Origin: Candidatus Hadarchaeota archaeon
GTDB taxonomy: Archaea > CAYQAE01 > CAYVLA01
Direction of reading: 5' to 3'
DNA: 42,986 bases
NCBI GenBank assembly: GCA_964621445.1
Contig: CAZUNO010000022.1
Location: forward strand, 4,013-46,998
The notes beneath the pieces were generated by a model. The model was not told the origin of the DNA and searched no databases. It worked only from the letters and a program-made list of their open reading frames with translations. The translations under genes and the position numbers were made by a program. Shown here in pieces: positions 1 through 10,167 of the stretch (positions are counted from its first letter, which is position 1; the number at the start of each line of letters is the position of its first letter).

Positions 1-848
1 AGCTCCAGGGAATCCCGGTCACCTAGCTCCAGCAACAGCCGGTAGAGATTGGGCTGGTCGGGTTCCCACAGAAGGGGATGCTCCACGGCAAGTTCCAGCT
101 CCAGTTCTTCCATGCCCCCTCCCTCGACCTGGACTGGAGCTCGGGAGTCAGCAACCAAGTCTCCCTCCAAGGCGTAAAGTCGTGCCGCTAGATCCAGACT
201 CATGTCCTTTTGGTATTGATTATGGACCTCCAGGGCAACCTTCACGGAGGCGGATCCATCTTCCGGCTCAGTGACCACTCTGGCCCTATCCACGTAGGCC
301 CTATCGGTCACCAGCAATGAGGTTGACCTGTACATGCCTCCATAGTTCCACCACCCGAACTCCCCACCCGGGCACCTCTCGGGCTTGGGTACGTTGTCCA
401 CGGAAACGGCCAGGGTATTAACCTCTCCGAACTCCAGGTACTCGTGTATGGGAATGGAAAAGGGCATGTACCCTCCCTCGTGCACCCCTGCCTTGCGTCC
501 GTTTATGTACAGCACCGTTCTGTAGTTGGAGGACTCGCAGGTGAACTCCACCCTCTTTTGGCTCCAGGAATCGGGGATTTCCACCCTTTTCCTATACCAT
601 CCGTAGCCCTCGTAGCTCCACAGGTCGGGCACGGCCTTGTTCCAGGTGTGGGGGACCGGGAAATCGATCCAGCCCGAATCATCAAAATCGGGCTCGATCC
701 ACCCAATATCCGGCCTGGACTCCTGGTCCGGACCGGGTCGGTCACCGTCGAAATCGGGGTCCATGAATCTCTGGTTTGCCTCCAGCTCCTTGAATGCCGG
801 ACAGAACTTCCAGGTTCCGTCCAGGCTCTTGTTTAGCCTCATCTCCAT
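1..848 (-). CDS. Glycoside hydrolase family 2 (beta-glucuronidase/galactosidase-like), N-terminal part; runs off the window
   Basis: Not in the ORF track. Manual translation gives MEMRLNKSLDGTWKF...PVPHTWN...YEGYGWYRK...VLYING...HEGGYMPF...WWNYGGMYR...PLLWEPDQPNLY, typical GH2 sugar-binding/Ig domains; open to position 1. Confidence 0.88.
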   Translation of the reverse strand, partial: MEMRLNKSLDGTWKFCPAFKELEANQRFMDPDFDGDRPGPDQESRPDIGWIEPDFDDSGWIDFPVPHTWNKAVPDLWSYEGYGWYRKRVEIPDSWSQKRVEFTCESSNYRTVLYINGRKAGVHEGGYMPFSIPIHEYLEFGEVNTLAVSVDNVPKPERCPGGEFGWWNYGGMYRSTSLLVTDRAYVDRARVVTEPEDGSASVKVALEVHNQYQKDMSLDLAARLYALEGDLVADSRAPVQVEGGGMEELELELAVEHPLLWEPDQPNLYRLLLELGDRDSLE

Positions 849-873
849 CCCCTCCCCGGAGCGAGACCTCGCC

Positions 874-882
874 GATAAATAT
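874..882 (-). promoter_or_regulatory. Probable archaeal TATA-box element (ATATTTATC on minus strand) for the GH2 gene
   Basis: Lies 26-34 nt upstream of ATG 848; the same 9-mer occurs at 4959-4967 upstream of the Gfo/Idh/MocA pair. Confidence 0.45.
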
Positions 883-931
883 ATTCCCGCCTCTCTCGAT
901 GCCGGGAAAACGGACTCTTTGCGATACGCAC

Positions 932-1252
932 ATGAAGGGGCCGGTCCCCGAGGTCAGATATAAGAGAAACCTGCGCTTATCTGGGGCCACCTTGGGAAGC
1001 GCTATACACACCTCCTTCAAAGTCCTTGCCTACCTGTCCATGATCTGCCTGGTGGTTACCGTTGGTGCGGTTCTGCTGGTGGTCGTTGGGCCCATTCTGC
1101 TGGACATCAACATCCTGGCCGAGCCAACCTACACCAGGATCGAGGATTTTCTAAGGAGAATGCTTCTCTATGTCGTCGTGTTTGCCGTGGCGTATATCGC
1201 CTCCAGCTGGCTGTGCAGGCTGACCATGTCCAAGCCCGAGCCCTCCACCTAG
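932..1252 (+). CDS. Small membrane protein with two hydrophobic segments
   Basis: ORF 794-1252, start trimmed to ATG 932 to avoid overlap with GH2; hydrophobic stretches VLAYLSMICLVVTVGAVLLVVVG and MLLYVVVFAVAYIASSWL. Confidence 0.65.
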   Translation: MKGPVPEVRYKRNLRLSGATLGSAIHTSFKVLAYLSMICLVVTVGAVLLVVVGPILLDINILAEPTYTRIEDFLRRMLLYVVVFAVAYIASSWLCRLTMSKPEPST

Positions 1253-1947
1253 TCTTTCCATTCCTCGTGGATCTTCCCCACTTCATCCTCTATCCCTCGG
1301 GCAAGGATGGGCTGCGCCCTCTGGTTGGTGTGGTAGCCGTCGGGAGGATTGAAGTAGGGGCCGGGATAGTCATCAACCATGTCCGGGAAGGATCTCCAGA
1401 AGTTGACCAATGGGACATCCAGCCTGGCGCAGACCCCTTCCAGAACCTCCACGTATCCGTCGAGGATCTTCATCTGGATGGACATCCTCCTCTCCCGGTT
1501 ATCCCAGGTTGGAACCGGTGGGGGCGTCCACACCACCGGCTCCGCACCGCTGGCTCTGGTGAGCTGGAACATGGCCCTCATGTTTCCCTCCATGCGGTGG
1601 GGAGTGCACTGAACTAGGTAGCTCGAGCTACACTCGTAATGCCTGATGTGGCTATCGTTGAGCAGGAAGCAGATCACCACGCAGTGTGGATCCATGGGCG
1701 TTACGTCCCTTCTCCACCTGTAAACCCCCAGGCTGGAGCTGGTTCCGCCCAGACCAGCGTTAATCACCGTGGCCTCCTCTCCCAGACTATCGCCCAGAAT
1801 CCCCGTCCATTTCTCCCACCTATCCATCGATGAAAACTCGGTAATAGAATCCCCCAGGGCCACCACCCGGAATAGATCTCTACTTGATCGGGAATCAAAC
1901 CCCGACACATCCACCGGGACCCTTATATCCTCATCCAGTTCTGTCAT
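1249..1947 (-). CDS. SGNH/GDSL hydrolase (esterase)
   Basis: Blocks GDSIT, NAGLGG, LLND and DGYH; start trimmed to ATG 1947. Confidence 0.88.
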   Translation of the reverse strand: MTELDEDIRVPVDVSGFDSRSSRDLFRVVALGDSITEFSSMDRWEKWTGILGDSLGEEATVINAGLGGTSSSLGVYRWRRDVTPMDPHCVVICFLLNDSHIRHYECSSSYLVQCTPHRMEGNMRAMFQLTRASGAEPVVWTPPPVPTWDNRERRMSIQMKILDGYVEVLEGVCARLDVPLVNFWRSFPDMVDDYPGPYFNPPDGYHTNQRAQPILARGIEDEVGKIHEEWKD

Positions 1948-2072
1948 CTCAAACAGCCTCGCCCGCAAGGGGAATTCCAAGTGATAAGGGTTTCCCGTCA
2001 CGTGGGAACCGCAGGGAGCTTAGAAAACAGATAAGAGGGCTCTGCCCCAGGAGGAGGCCACGGTGCTTCTCA

Positions 2073-2531
2073 TTGGGAATTCCTAAACCAGAGCCCCAAT
2101 CGAAGGAAAACAAGCTCCTTCGTGAATGGGGACCCACCATAGTGGCCATCATCGTTATCTACCTGCTGCTAAACGTCGTTTTTCCCGCCGTGCTGTCCAC
2201 GGAATCGCCGCTCATGGTGGTGGTGTCCGAGAGCATGACCCCCACCCTGAACGTGGGCGACATAATCATAGTGCAGGGAAAGGAATTCTACCGGGTTGAC
2301 GACATAGTTGTCTACGAGACGGACCTTTATTCGAAACCAATAGTCCACCGCATAATCGAGGTCAGAAACGGCAACTACGTCACCAAGGGTGACCATAATC
2401 GTTTCCCGGACCCCGGAACCATAGCCCCCCAGGATGGAGTATCCGAGGATGAAGTGCAGGGAAAGGTGGTATACGTCATACCCAAGCTGGGGTATCCCAA
2501 GTACCTGTTGACAAAACTGTTTACAAGTTGA
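2073..2531 (+). CDS. Signal peptidase I, archaeal/ER (S26B, Sec11-like) type
   Basis: N-terminal TM helix, VVSESMTPTL (catalytic Ser), PIVHRI (His), TKGDHN; start (TTG 2073) uncertain. Confidence 0.92.
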   Translation: MGIPKPEPQSKENKLLREWGPTIVAIIVIYLLLNVVFPAVLSTESPLMVVVSESMTPTLNVGDIIIVQGKEFYRVDDIVVYETDLYSKPIVHRIIEVRNGNYVTKGDHNRFPDPGTIAPQDGVSEDEVQGKVVYVIPKLGYPKYLLTKLFTS

Positions 2532-2535
2532 TATT

Positions 2536-2970
2536 TTGGACCAGAGAGAAAAGGAACCTGTCAAGGGGAAGGGCACCTACGCATTGCTTTTCGACATCGA
2601 GCCCGAGAGCCGTACCCTTCTGGGTTCCTTCCAGGGAACCTACTGCTACGTGGGCTCGGCCTTCGGTCCCGGCGGGGTCAGGGCCAGGGTGGGCCGCCAC
2701 CTATCCAGGAAGAAGGTCGTTACCTGGCATATTGACCACCTGACCATCAGCCCCGGCTTCACCCCCAAGGGGCTTTACGTCACGCCGGAGAGGGTGGAAT
2801 GCATAATTGCCTGTAAACTGGGGGAGGTGTTCAGCGGTCCCCGGGAATTCGGGTGCACCGACTGTCAATGCCAAACCCATCTATTCAGGATTGATGATAT
2901 GGCCGCCTTCCAGCGGCTGAGCCGTGAACTGGGTCTGAAAGAGGTTGGTTTCTCGGATATCGAGCCCTGA
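2536..2970 (+). CDS. GIY-YIG/Uri superfamily endonuclease (DUF123-like)
   Basis: GTYALL...YCYVGSAFGPGG...RVGRH...WHIDHL...FGCTDCQCQTHLF. Confidence 0.85.
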   Translation: MDQREKEPVKGKGTYALLFDIEPESRTLLGSFQGTYCYVGSAFGPGGVRARVGRHLSRKKVVTWHIDHLTISPGFTPKGLYVTPERVECIIACKLGEVFSGPREFGCTDCQCQTHLFRIDDMAAFQRLSRELGLKEVGFSDIEP

Positions 2971-2971
2971 G

Positions 2972-3961
2972 TTACTCCAGTGGTAGGTCCACCGGCTCGC
3001 CAGTTTCAATGCTCCTGTAGGCAGCCAGGGCGATCTCCAGGGCCAGAAGACCATCCCTGCCCACTGAACTCGGTTCCCGTCCCCCGGCACTGGACTCCAC
3101 CAGGTCCAGACAGGTGTAGTAATCCACGTTTGAACCGTAACCCATGAGCTGGTAGCGATCCCCCTGCCTGGTGATTGCCAGGTTCTGGCTGAAACCGTCC
3201 AATTCCACCGTTTTTTGGGATCCGAATATGCGCATGGTGACATCACCCCACATGGGATAGCCCTTGGGCCTGCTCCAGGAGGGATCGATCGAGCCCACCG
3301 TGTGACCATACTTCACCAACACGAAACCGGCATCGTCGATTCCCAGACCGGGGTGCAACCTCTCGCCACCCCTGGCAAACACCCTGGTGGCCCTGGCGTC
3401 CATGAACCAGTTCATGAGGTCCGCCACGTGAACGGTGTGGTCCATAATGGCCCCCCCGCCGCTCAGTTCCCGGTCGACAAACCATCCCCCGGGCATGGAC
3501 CCGTGGTTGGTACCGCTCATGGCAAGTATCTCCCCCACGGAACCGGATTCCAGGTCCTCCTTGGCAGCCTGGGCTATGGGGCTGTACCTCATCACAAACG
3601 CCACCTGGAGAAGAACCCCCTGCCGCCTGCATTTGTCTATTATCGCTCTCCCATCCTCCATGGAGGTGGCTATGGGTTTCTCGAGCATGATGTCCTTCCC
3701 GGCCTCGGCCGCCCGGAAGACATCGTCTCTATGCCTTGAATTGGCCGAGCATATGCATACCGCATCGATATCCGGGTTGTCCAGTAGCTCCTGGGCCCCC
3801 ATGTAGGCCGTGGAGTACCTCTTGGCCTTCCTTCTGCCCCGATTCTGGTCGGAATCGGCTATACCCACCAGCTCACAGGAATCGATCTCCTTAAAGCAGG
3901 AGGCATAGCTATCCGCATGCATGTGATCAAAGCTAATCATCCCTACGCCTACTTTCCCCAT
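2972..3961 (-). CDS. Gfo/Idh/MocA family oxidoreductase
   Basis: DIMLEKPIA, GGGAIMDHTVH; N-terminal Rossmann-like region. Confidence 0.92.
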   Translation of the reverse strand: MGKVGVGMISFDHMHADSYASCFKEIDSCELVGIADSDQNRGRRKAKRYSTAYMGAQELLDNPDIDAVCICSANSRHRDDVFRAAEAGKDIMLEKPIATSMEDGRAIIDKCRRQGVLLQVAFVMRYSPIAQAAKEDLESGSVGEILAMSGTNHGSMPGGWFVDRELSGGGAIMDHTVHVADLMNWFMDARATRVFARGGERLHPGLGIDDAGFVLVKYGHTVGSIDPSWSRPKGYPMWGDVTMRIFGSQKTVELDGFSQNLAITRQGDRYQLMGYGSNVDYYTCLDLVESSAGGREPSSVGRDGLLALEIALAAYRSIETGEPVDLPLE

Positions 3962-3964
3962 ACA

Positions 3965-4924
3965 TCACACCTCCACCGGCTGACCGAGGTCAGCGCTTCT
4001 GACCGCTGCCAGGGACACCCTAACCGTTTCCAGCCCCTCCGACAGGGGAACAGCAGGCTCCCGGTCATCCTTCACGCACTCAACGAAATGGCGGAGTTCG
4101 CGAACGTACCCGTCGCGGTGATAGGGGTCCATCCGGCTAACCTCCTGCTCCCCGAAAGAGCTGTAGGCCCGGTTTTCCCGGCTATCGATATGGGTCAACC
4201 CGTCGGTCCCCGCGACCTCCACATAGGTGGTGAAGGGGAAGGAGTCCGCCCCCAGCCAGCTGCACTCGCATAGGGCCTCCGCGGAGCCGAAGTCAAGAAC
4301 CACCTGGCCGTGGGCGTGGACCCCCGACCTGCGGAAAACCTGGGAGAAGATGCTTCTGGGTTCCCCCATCATCCATCTGATAAAGTCTATATCATGCAGC
4401 CCGAGATCGAAAATGACCCCGTTGCTCTTCTTCATATCCATGTACCAGTCGGCCCAGCCCGGGGAGGGCCCGACCCTGTAGGAGAGGACATGCCTAGGCC
4501 GTCCAATTTCCTCACCTATCACGCTCTCCCTCAGCTCGCTGTAGCCGGGCCAGAACCTTACCACGTGTCCGATCATGCTCATGCCAGAGCTTGAATCGGC
4601 GGCATTGACGATCCTTTCCCCCTCCTCGCAGTTTATGGCCAGGGGCTTTTCCAGGAACAGGTTGAATCCCTTATCCAGGGTTTTTACCGCGAACTCGGTG
4701 TGAAGACGTGTGGGCAGGCAGATGTCCACAACATCGATCTCCTTTGCAAGTAGATCCTCAAAATCAGCCAGGTACCGTGAACCCGACTCCTCGGCCAGGG
4801 GCTTTCCCTTGGACTCGTCTATATCGCATATGTAGGACACTTCGGCATCATCTATCTTGGAATAGGAATTGACGTGGGTCCGGCCCATGAACCCCGCGCC
4901 CACAACGCCAACCTCGATAACCAT
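3965..4924 (-). CDS. Gfo/Idh/MocA family oxidoreductase
   Basis: VGVVGAGFMG, LFLEKPLA, GVIFDLGLHDID; start trimmed to ATG 4924. Confidence 0.92.
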   Translation of the reverse strand: MVIEVGVVGAGFMGRTHVNSYSKIDDAEVSYICDIDESKGKPLAEESGSRYLADFEDLLAKEIDVVDICLPTRLHTEFAVKTLDKGFNLFLEKPLAINCEEGERIVNAADSSSGMSMIGHVVRFWPGYSELRESVIGEEIGRPRHVLSYRVGPSPGWADWYMDMKKSNGVIFDLGLHDIDFIRWMMGEPRSIFSQVFRRSGVHAHGQVVLDFGSAEALCECSWLGADSFPFTTYVEVAGTDGLTHIDSRENRAYSSFGEQEVSRMDPYHRDGYVRELRHFVECVKDDREPAVPLSEGLETVRVSLAAVRSADLGQPVEV

Positions 4925-5147
4925 GATCACTCCTCGTCCTGCCGGTGGTCCATTCGCAGATAAATATCTTGGGAGGCAAGCCCTGATCTGGGAGCAAATC
5001 CTCCCTCTCGAAAAAGCCCCGCATTCTGGAATCACGTGATCCCTGGCATATCGATAATGATGCCCTAGCCACCGGCCCAAGGTACCCGGTAGCTAAGAAA
5101 GATTAAATACCGAAAGGTGAGGTCCGAGAGAAGGGAGCGCCCAACTC

Positions 5148-5606
5148 TTGATGCGGTATAAGTACCGGTCAATCGACTGGAAGCTGATTCTGGCCGTGGT
5201 TGTAGTGGTCATCATCGTCCTGGCCCTGATGCTCAGCCGCTCCGCTCTGGTGGAGTTCACGGGGCCCAAGAGCCTAACCATGGACTCCGAGGTAAACGAA
5301 ACCCAGGTATTCAACGCCACCATCAAGTGTCAGCCGGGTTCCAAAGCATACCAAAATTACAGCTGGAGCGCCGATGGCCGGGACATATTCAGGGTCAGGG
5401 AGATCTCCAAGAACTTCCAGGGCAGATATTCGAGGTTCCCACTGGAAAGCGGGGAGTCACGAAGGCTCAAGTTCGAGGTGACCCTGATCAGGGAGGATCC
5501 TCCCGAGGGAAGATATTTCATAGATTTCCACCTGGAATCCGAGGTTGAGGGTCAGGTCAAGCGCATCTCCAATAAATACCGTCTGTGGATAGAACTGGTC
5601 ACCTAG
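5148..5606 (+). CDS. Membrane-anchored/secreted hypothetical protein
   Basis: Basic N-terminus, then LILAVVVVVIIVLALML, then a beta-rich soluble domain. Confidence 0.7.
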   Translation: MMRYKYRSIDWKLILAVVVVVIIVLALMLSRSALVEFTGPKSLTMDSEVNETQVFNATIKCQPGSKAYQNYSWSADGRDIFRVREISKNFQGRYSRFPLESGESRRLKFEVTLIREDPPEGRYFIDFHLESEVEGQVKRISNKYRLWIELVT

Positions 5607-5815
5607 TCAGGCTCATTGGCCCTTAGGGTTTTTCTCACGTAGAAGTAGAGACCCAGGGATATGAGAGAAACTCCCCCGAAATAGAAGGCGTTGAAGGTAT
5701 CCCCGTTTACCGCGGCGTAGATGGCCAGGGCCATGAGGACCACGAAAGCACCCAGGGCGAATAGCCTGGCCTGTCTCACCTTCTTGGCTCCCTCTTCCTG
5801 AGCGGACACGGACAA
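5603..5815 (-). CDS. Small two-TM membrane protein
   Basis: 70 aa with two hydrophobic helices and a basic C-terminus; convergent 4-nt overlap with the neighbouring gene. Confidence 0.7.
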   Translation of the reverse strand: MSVSAQEEGAKKVRQARLFALGAFVVLMALAIYAAVNGDTFNAFYFGGVSLISLGLYFYVRKTLRANEPD

Positions 5816-5892
5816 CCGTATCCTATTCGGGCTTAAAACTATTCCTAACTCGGGGAAAACAATATCAAAAGGGAGTCACGCCGTTCACTAAC

Positions 5893-8268
5893 ATGTCGCA
5901 ATCAGAACCCCCAGACAAGGAAGATATGGCCGTAGCCCTGGATCTGAGCGCACCGGATCGGATCCTGAGTGACCCAGCCGTGGAGGCCGGGGTCCGCGAG
6001 CTGGAGGCGGCCTCGAAAAAGATTTCCTCGATCAGGTATCCGGAGGGAATAAACATCGAGCTCCGGAAACGCGATCTGGAGACCGAGCTGCCCTCCGAGC
6101 TCACCCGGGAAGAGGAGGGAATGATACTCCAGAGCTCCCACGGGGCTGAGATCTCATCCGACGATGGTTCTATACTCATCACCGCCCAGGGCGAACTGGG
6201 ACTTGCATACGGACTGTTCCAGCTCTGCGACCATATCCGATCGGAGAGGGAGCTCCCCGCTGAGGGGGGCATAACCAGGCCCCAGCTGCCTTACCGGATT
6301 GCGGCCACCGGGGCTCCCCTCGGGGATTCCCTGGAGGGACCCCTGGTAAGCGACCAGAAGCTGGATCACACCAGGCAGGAGTTCCGTAAGAGGGTGAGAA
6401 AGGCCCTCAAATACGGCTATAACGTCCTGGTAATCAGCAGGACCGAGAACTACATACCCTGGGAACACCCCAAATGGGGGAAGAGAAGCGCCAGATACCG
6501 GAAACACCTGGAGGCCATGATAGATGTGGCCCACCAACACCACATGAAGATACTCCTCATGGGTGACGAGTTCCTCTATCTGGCCAATGCATTCGATGGA
6601 AAGCCGTCGGTCAAGGACGACCAGCTCTGGGAATACCTGGCAGCTAAATACCGCAGGCTGCTGGATGACTGTCCTGGTCTGGACGGGGTAGCCACCAGGA
6701 TAGGGGAGATCATACCCAGATACGACTTCCGGGCACTGGACCTCATCCACTCCCCCGAGGAGGAGCCCGACCCCCGGATCGAGGAGAGGTACAGGAAATA
6801 CATCCTGACCCTCCACCGGGTCGTGGTCCAGGAATACGGGAAGATATACCTGAACAGGACCTGGGTCACCAACACACATGAACAGCACTCCACGCCCCAG
6901 GTCTACGAGAAAACCTTCACACCCGAGGTCCCGGAGAAGGACCTTCTTCTGGCAATCAAGCTCACCACCGGGGACCAGTGGTACCACTGCGAGCCCTTCA
7001 ACCCAACGTTCGGGGTCACCGAACATACCACCATAGCCCAAGGCGAGCTTTACAGCGGCTACCAGGGGAGGGGGACCTACATAGACTACCCGGCCCGGTA
7101 TTTCCAGTCCGCTGTGGAGTCGGCCGTGGACCGTGGGGCCAAGGGCATATTCAACGGCGTGTCCTGGAGTCGGGGACTGGAAACCGGCATGACCGCTGAG
7201 GCCATTCTATACGTGTTCTCCCACCTGGGATGGAACCCCAGTTCCCTGGCCCAGGACCTTACCAAGAGGTGGGCATCATCCACCTTCGGGCCAGAAGTGG
7301 CCACCGAGATCGCGGAGATCTTCCTGCTGGGATCGGTTGCCGTCCGGGACGGGCTCTACCTAAGACAGGTCGGGCTCAGACATTGGCAGCCACTGCGTCA
7401 CATCAGGACGAATGATTACATACTGGAGGGAAACCCGGAATGGGACAACGGGAGAGCCCAGGACGAGTTCCTGAAGGATCTGTACCTGGAATGCAAGCCC
7501 TGGCTGGACCAGACCGAGGACGAGCTGGACCACGGGGTGGCCGTCGCCGAACGCATGATCCAGATATATCAGGGATGCAGGGACCAGATAGAGGATCAGG
7601 AGAGGTCAAGGACCCTGAAGTCCCTACTGGACCATGGGCTGGCCTCATTGACCCTAAATGCTAGCTATGTCAAGGCCTTCCTCCGTTATTTCCGCTACCG
7701 GGAGAAGCCGACCGATGAGAACCGGGAGGTACTCCAAACCAGGATCGAGAAACTTAAACAGGCGGTCGGCCACTACGACGCAAACTACGACTATTACCAG
7801 ACCCGGGCCATCCCCGCCTTCCTGGACCTAGCCGAAAAGGCCCTGGAGGACATTGAGAGATCGGAGAAGATATTGGAACAATCACCCACCGATGCCCAGG
7901 TAAAGGAGATGTTCCTGGAGGCCAGACGCGAGGAGGAGGAGATCCTTGAAAGGGAACCAGATGCCGAGCTGATAGCATCCTGGCAGGGAACCGTGGACGG
8001 GCGGGACATACTGATGATAAACGACCAGGGCTTCGAGATAGAGCACATCTCGGATGACCAGATAACGGGGCCCATGCTGGACATGATCAAACCTATACCC
8101 AAGGAGGAGGGGAAACGCCTGGTAATTGATAGGGTCAAGGTGCGAGGCTACGTCTACATCAAGGAGCAGCCAGGTCACGAGAACGACTTCACCCTGACCG
8201 TTTACCTCCAGGACAGGAAGCCGGGTCCCACTCCCTTCCATTTCGACATATACGCTGTCGACGAGTAA
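5893..8268 (+). CDS. Large uncharacterised glycoside hydrolase-like protein (GH20/GH67-type N-terminal domain plus probable TIM barrel)
   Basis: ILITAQGELGLAYGLFQL...PQLPYR is typical of the GH20/GH67 N-domain; LDGVATRIGE and AIKLTTGD...PFNPTFG; no signal peptide seen. Confidence 0.6.
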   Translation: MSQSEPPDKEDMAVALDLSAPDRILSDPAVEAGVRELEAASKKISSIRYPEGINIELRKRDLETELPSELTREEEGMILQSSHGAEISSDDGSILITAQGELGLAYGLFQLCDHIRSERELPAEGGITRPQLPYRIAATGAPLGDSLEGPLVSDQKLDHTRQEFRKRVRKALKYGYNVLVISRTENYIPWEHPKWGKRSARYRKHLEAMIDVAHQHHMKILLMGDEFLYLANAFDGKPSVKDDQLWEYLAAKYRRLLDDCPGLDGVATRIGEIIPRYDFRALDLIHSPEEEPDPRIEERYRKYILTLHRVVVQEYGKIYLNRTWVTNTHEQHSTPQVYEKTFTPEVPEKDLLLAIKLTTGDQWYHCEPFNPTFGVTEHTTIAQGELYSGYQGRGTYIDYPARYFQSAVESAVDRGAKGIFNGVSWSRGLETGMTAEAILYVFSHLGWNPSSLAQDLTKRWASSTFGPEVATEIAEIFLLGSVAVRDGLYLRQVGLRHWQPLRHIRTNDYILEGNPEWDNGRAQDEFLKDLYLECKPWLDQTEDELDHGVAVAERMIQIYQGCRDQIEDQERSRTLKSLLDHGLASLTLNASYVKAFLRYFRYREKPTDENREVLQTRIEKLKQAVGHYDANYDYYQTRAIPAFLDLAEKALEDIERSEKILEQSPTDAQVKEMFLEARREEEEILEREPDAELIASWQGTVDGRDILMINDQGFEIEHISDDQITGPMLDMIKPIPKEEGKRLVIDRVKVRGYVYIKEQPGHENDFTLTVYLQDRKPGPTPFHFDIYAVDE

Positions 8269-8284
8269 ATAGGCCGGATCGGGG

Positions 8285-10159
8285 TCACTCTTCCTCCAAT
8301 CTCTCGGAGATTGCCTGCTTCACGACCCGGCCCACCACGGCGCCATCTATCTTGCCCCTTACCCGCTTCATCACCAGGCCCATGACGGGCCCGAAGCTGC
8401 GGTCGCCCATATTTTGGATGAGGTCGGATTTCTCCTCCACGATGTGGTCAACCATTTTCCGGAGCTCCTGCTCCGAAACGGATTCCTCTGCCTTCAGGAT
8501 CTCCTGCAATGATTCTCCCTCGCACATCCGGCGAAGGACACCCTCGATGCGCTCCTTCACGATATCCCCCTCATTGACTCGGGAGAAGAACTTGACAAGG
8601 TCCCTCTCGGGAATATCGTCCACCGGGACCCCGTCCCTGCGCAGACTTCTGAAGGTGTTGACCAGGGTGGTGGCCAGCAGGGTGGCATCGATATCCACCT
8701 TGCTCCTTACCTTCTCGAATAGGGCCAAGTTACGATCCCTGATAAGCTGATCGGCAAGGTCGGAGCTCATTGCCAATGCTGTGAGCTTCTCCCTCTTCGC
8801 GCTGGGGGACTCCGGCAGCCTCTGGGCCACATCCTCAAGCCTCTCCCGTGATATGGGTATGGGGGGTATGTCGGTCTCTGGGTACATCCTTGATGATCCG
8901 GGTAGCGGTCTCTTGTAGCTGGTGGTAAAGTCCGGGTTGGGTTCCCGGGTCTCCTCCGGGACCCCCTCCATGGCCACCTTGCATCTTTTCCTGACCGCCT
9001 CCATGGCGTTCTCCACCTTCTCCCCTCTTCCCACCACGATTACAAGCGCGTCCTTATCACCGGCACCGAGCTCCTGGGCCAGGGAACTGAAAGACTCCTG
9101 CAGGCCCATCTTCTCCAGGTCCTCGTCGCTGTGTATTACCCCGCCGAGTCCGTAGGCCTTGGCGTGATCGGCCAGCTCGCGCCCGAAGGTCCTCCCTGGA
9201 CCTATCTCCTGGCCCAGGACGCCAGCGAACCCGGTAAGCTTGATACCAAGTACAGAACTGCCCTTGGAGACTGCCCTGGAAACGAAACCCTTTGGGGCGT
9301 CGCGGAAATGTTCGGTTACCTTTCTCCGAGGGCCCACCTCGGCCCCTTTACTGGAGAGCTGGTTCCTGATATCGACCAGGGCCTCCTGCCTGCGGGCCTC
9401 GTTCTCGATGAGTTCGCCCAGTTTTCCTATCTCCTGGAACCCCTTTATCTCCACCCGGGCTCCCTCGCGGATGGATACGTTCACGTCCTGTCGAATGGTT
9501 CCAATCCCTCTCTGGACCCTGCCCGTCATGCGGAGCATCATTCCTAGCTTCCGGGCTATATCCTGGACCTCCTGGGGGGTGTATCCCACCAGCAGGCCGG
9601 TGGCTATCTCCACCAGCGGTATACCTAGTCTATCCAGCCTGTACACCACCGACGAGTCCCTGTCACCGGCTATTCCAGCCGCCTCCTCCTCCAGGCAGAC
9701 GGTAAGGATCTCCACCCTGCCCTTGGGACCTTCCATCCACCCATCGAGGCCGATCATGGCAGTTCTCTGAAAGCCGCAGGTGTTGCTACCATCGATAACC
9801 GTCTTCCGCATCACGTGGATCTCATCCGGAACCCGGGTGTGGAGCATGAGGCTGACCTGTAGACCTATGTCCAGGGCCTCCTGGTTAAGGGGCATTGGAG
9901 GCTCCTCGTCCAGCTCCACAAGGCACGACTTGCCATCATATACCTGGTACAGGAAGCTGCGATCACGGAGGTACTCGTGCTGGGCGGCCCGGTCCACCTC
10001 ACCGAGCTCTCCCGCTACCGCCCGCAGCTTCCTCTCCACCTCTGATATAGGCTCCTCCTCGGCGAGATCGCTGGAACAGCCGCAGAACAGCTTGTGGGTA
10101 TCCAATCTCTGGTGTATCTCTATTCCGCATTTCAGGCCAAGGTCTTCTTCTCGTGACAA
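8285..10159 (-). CDS. gatE: Glu-tRNA(Gln) amidotransferase subunit E
   Basis: CGIEIHQRL, MRKTVIDGSNTCGFQRT, RLDRLGIPLVEIAT, RGIGTIRQDVNVSI, RPLPGSSRMYPETD; TTG start 10159 preceded by GGTGA. Confidence 0.97.
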   Translation of the reverse strand: MSREEDLGLKCGIEIHQRLDTHKLFCGCSSDLAEEEPISEVERKLRAVAGELGEVDRAAQHEYLRDRSFLYQVYDGKSCLVELDEEPPMPLNQEALDIGLQVSLMLHTRVPDEIHVMRKTVIDGSNTCGFQRTAMIGLDGWMEGPKGRVEILTVCLEEEAAGIAGDRDSSVVYRLDRLGIPLVEIATGLLVGYTPQEVQDIARKLGMMLRMTGRVQRGIGTIRQDVNVSIREGARVEIKGFQEIGKLGELIENEARRQEALVDIRNQLSSKGAEVGPRRKVTEHFRDAPKGFVSRAVSKGSSVLGIKLTGFAGVLGQEIGPGRTFGRELADHAKAYGLGGVIHSDEDLEKMGLQESFSSLAQELGAGDKDALVIVVGRGEKVENAMEAVRKRCKVAMEGVPEETREPNPDFTTSYKRPLPGSSRMYPETDIPPIPISRERLEDVAQRLPESPSAKREKLTALAMSSDLADQLIRDRNLALFEKVRSKVDIDATLLATTLVNTFRSLRRDGVPVDDIPERDLVKFFSRVNEGDIVKERIEGVLRRMCEGESLQEILKAEESVSEQELRKMVDHIVEEKSDLIQNMGDRSFGPVMGLVMKRVRGKIDGAVVGRVVKQAISERLEEE

Positions 10160-10167
10160 GTTATCAC

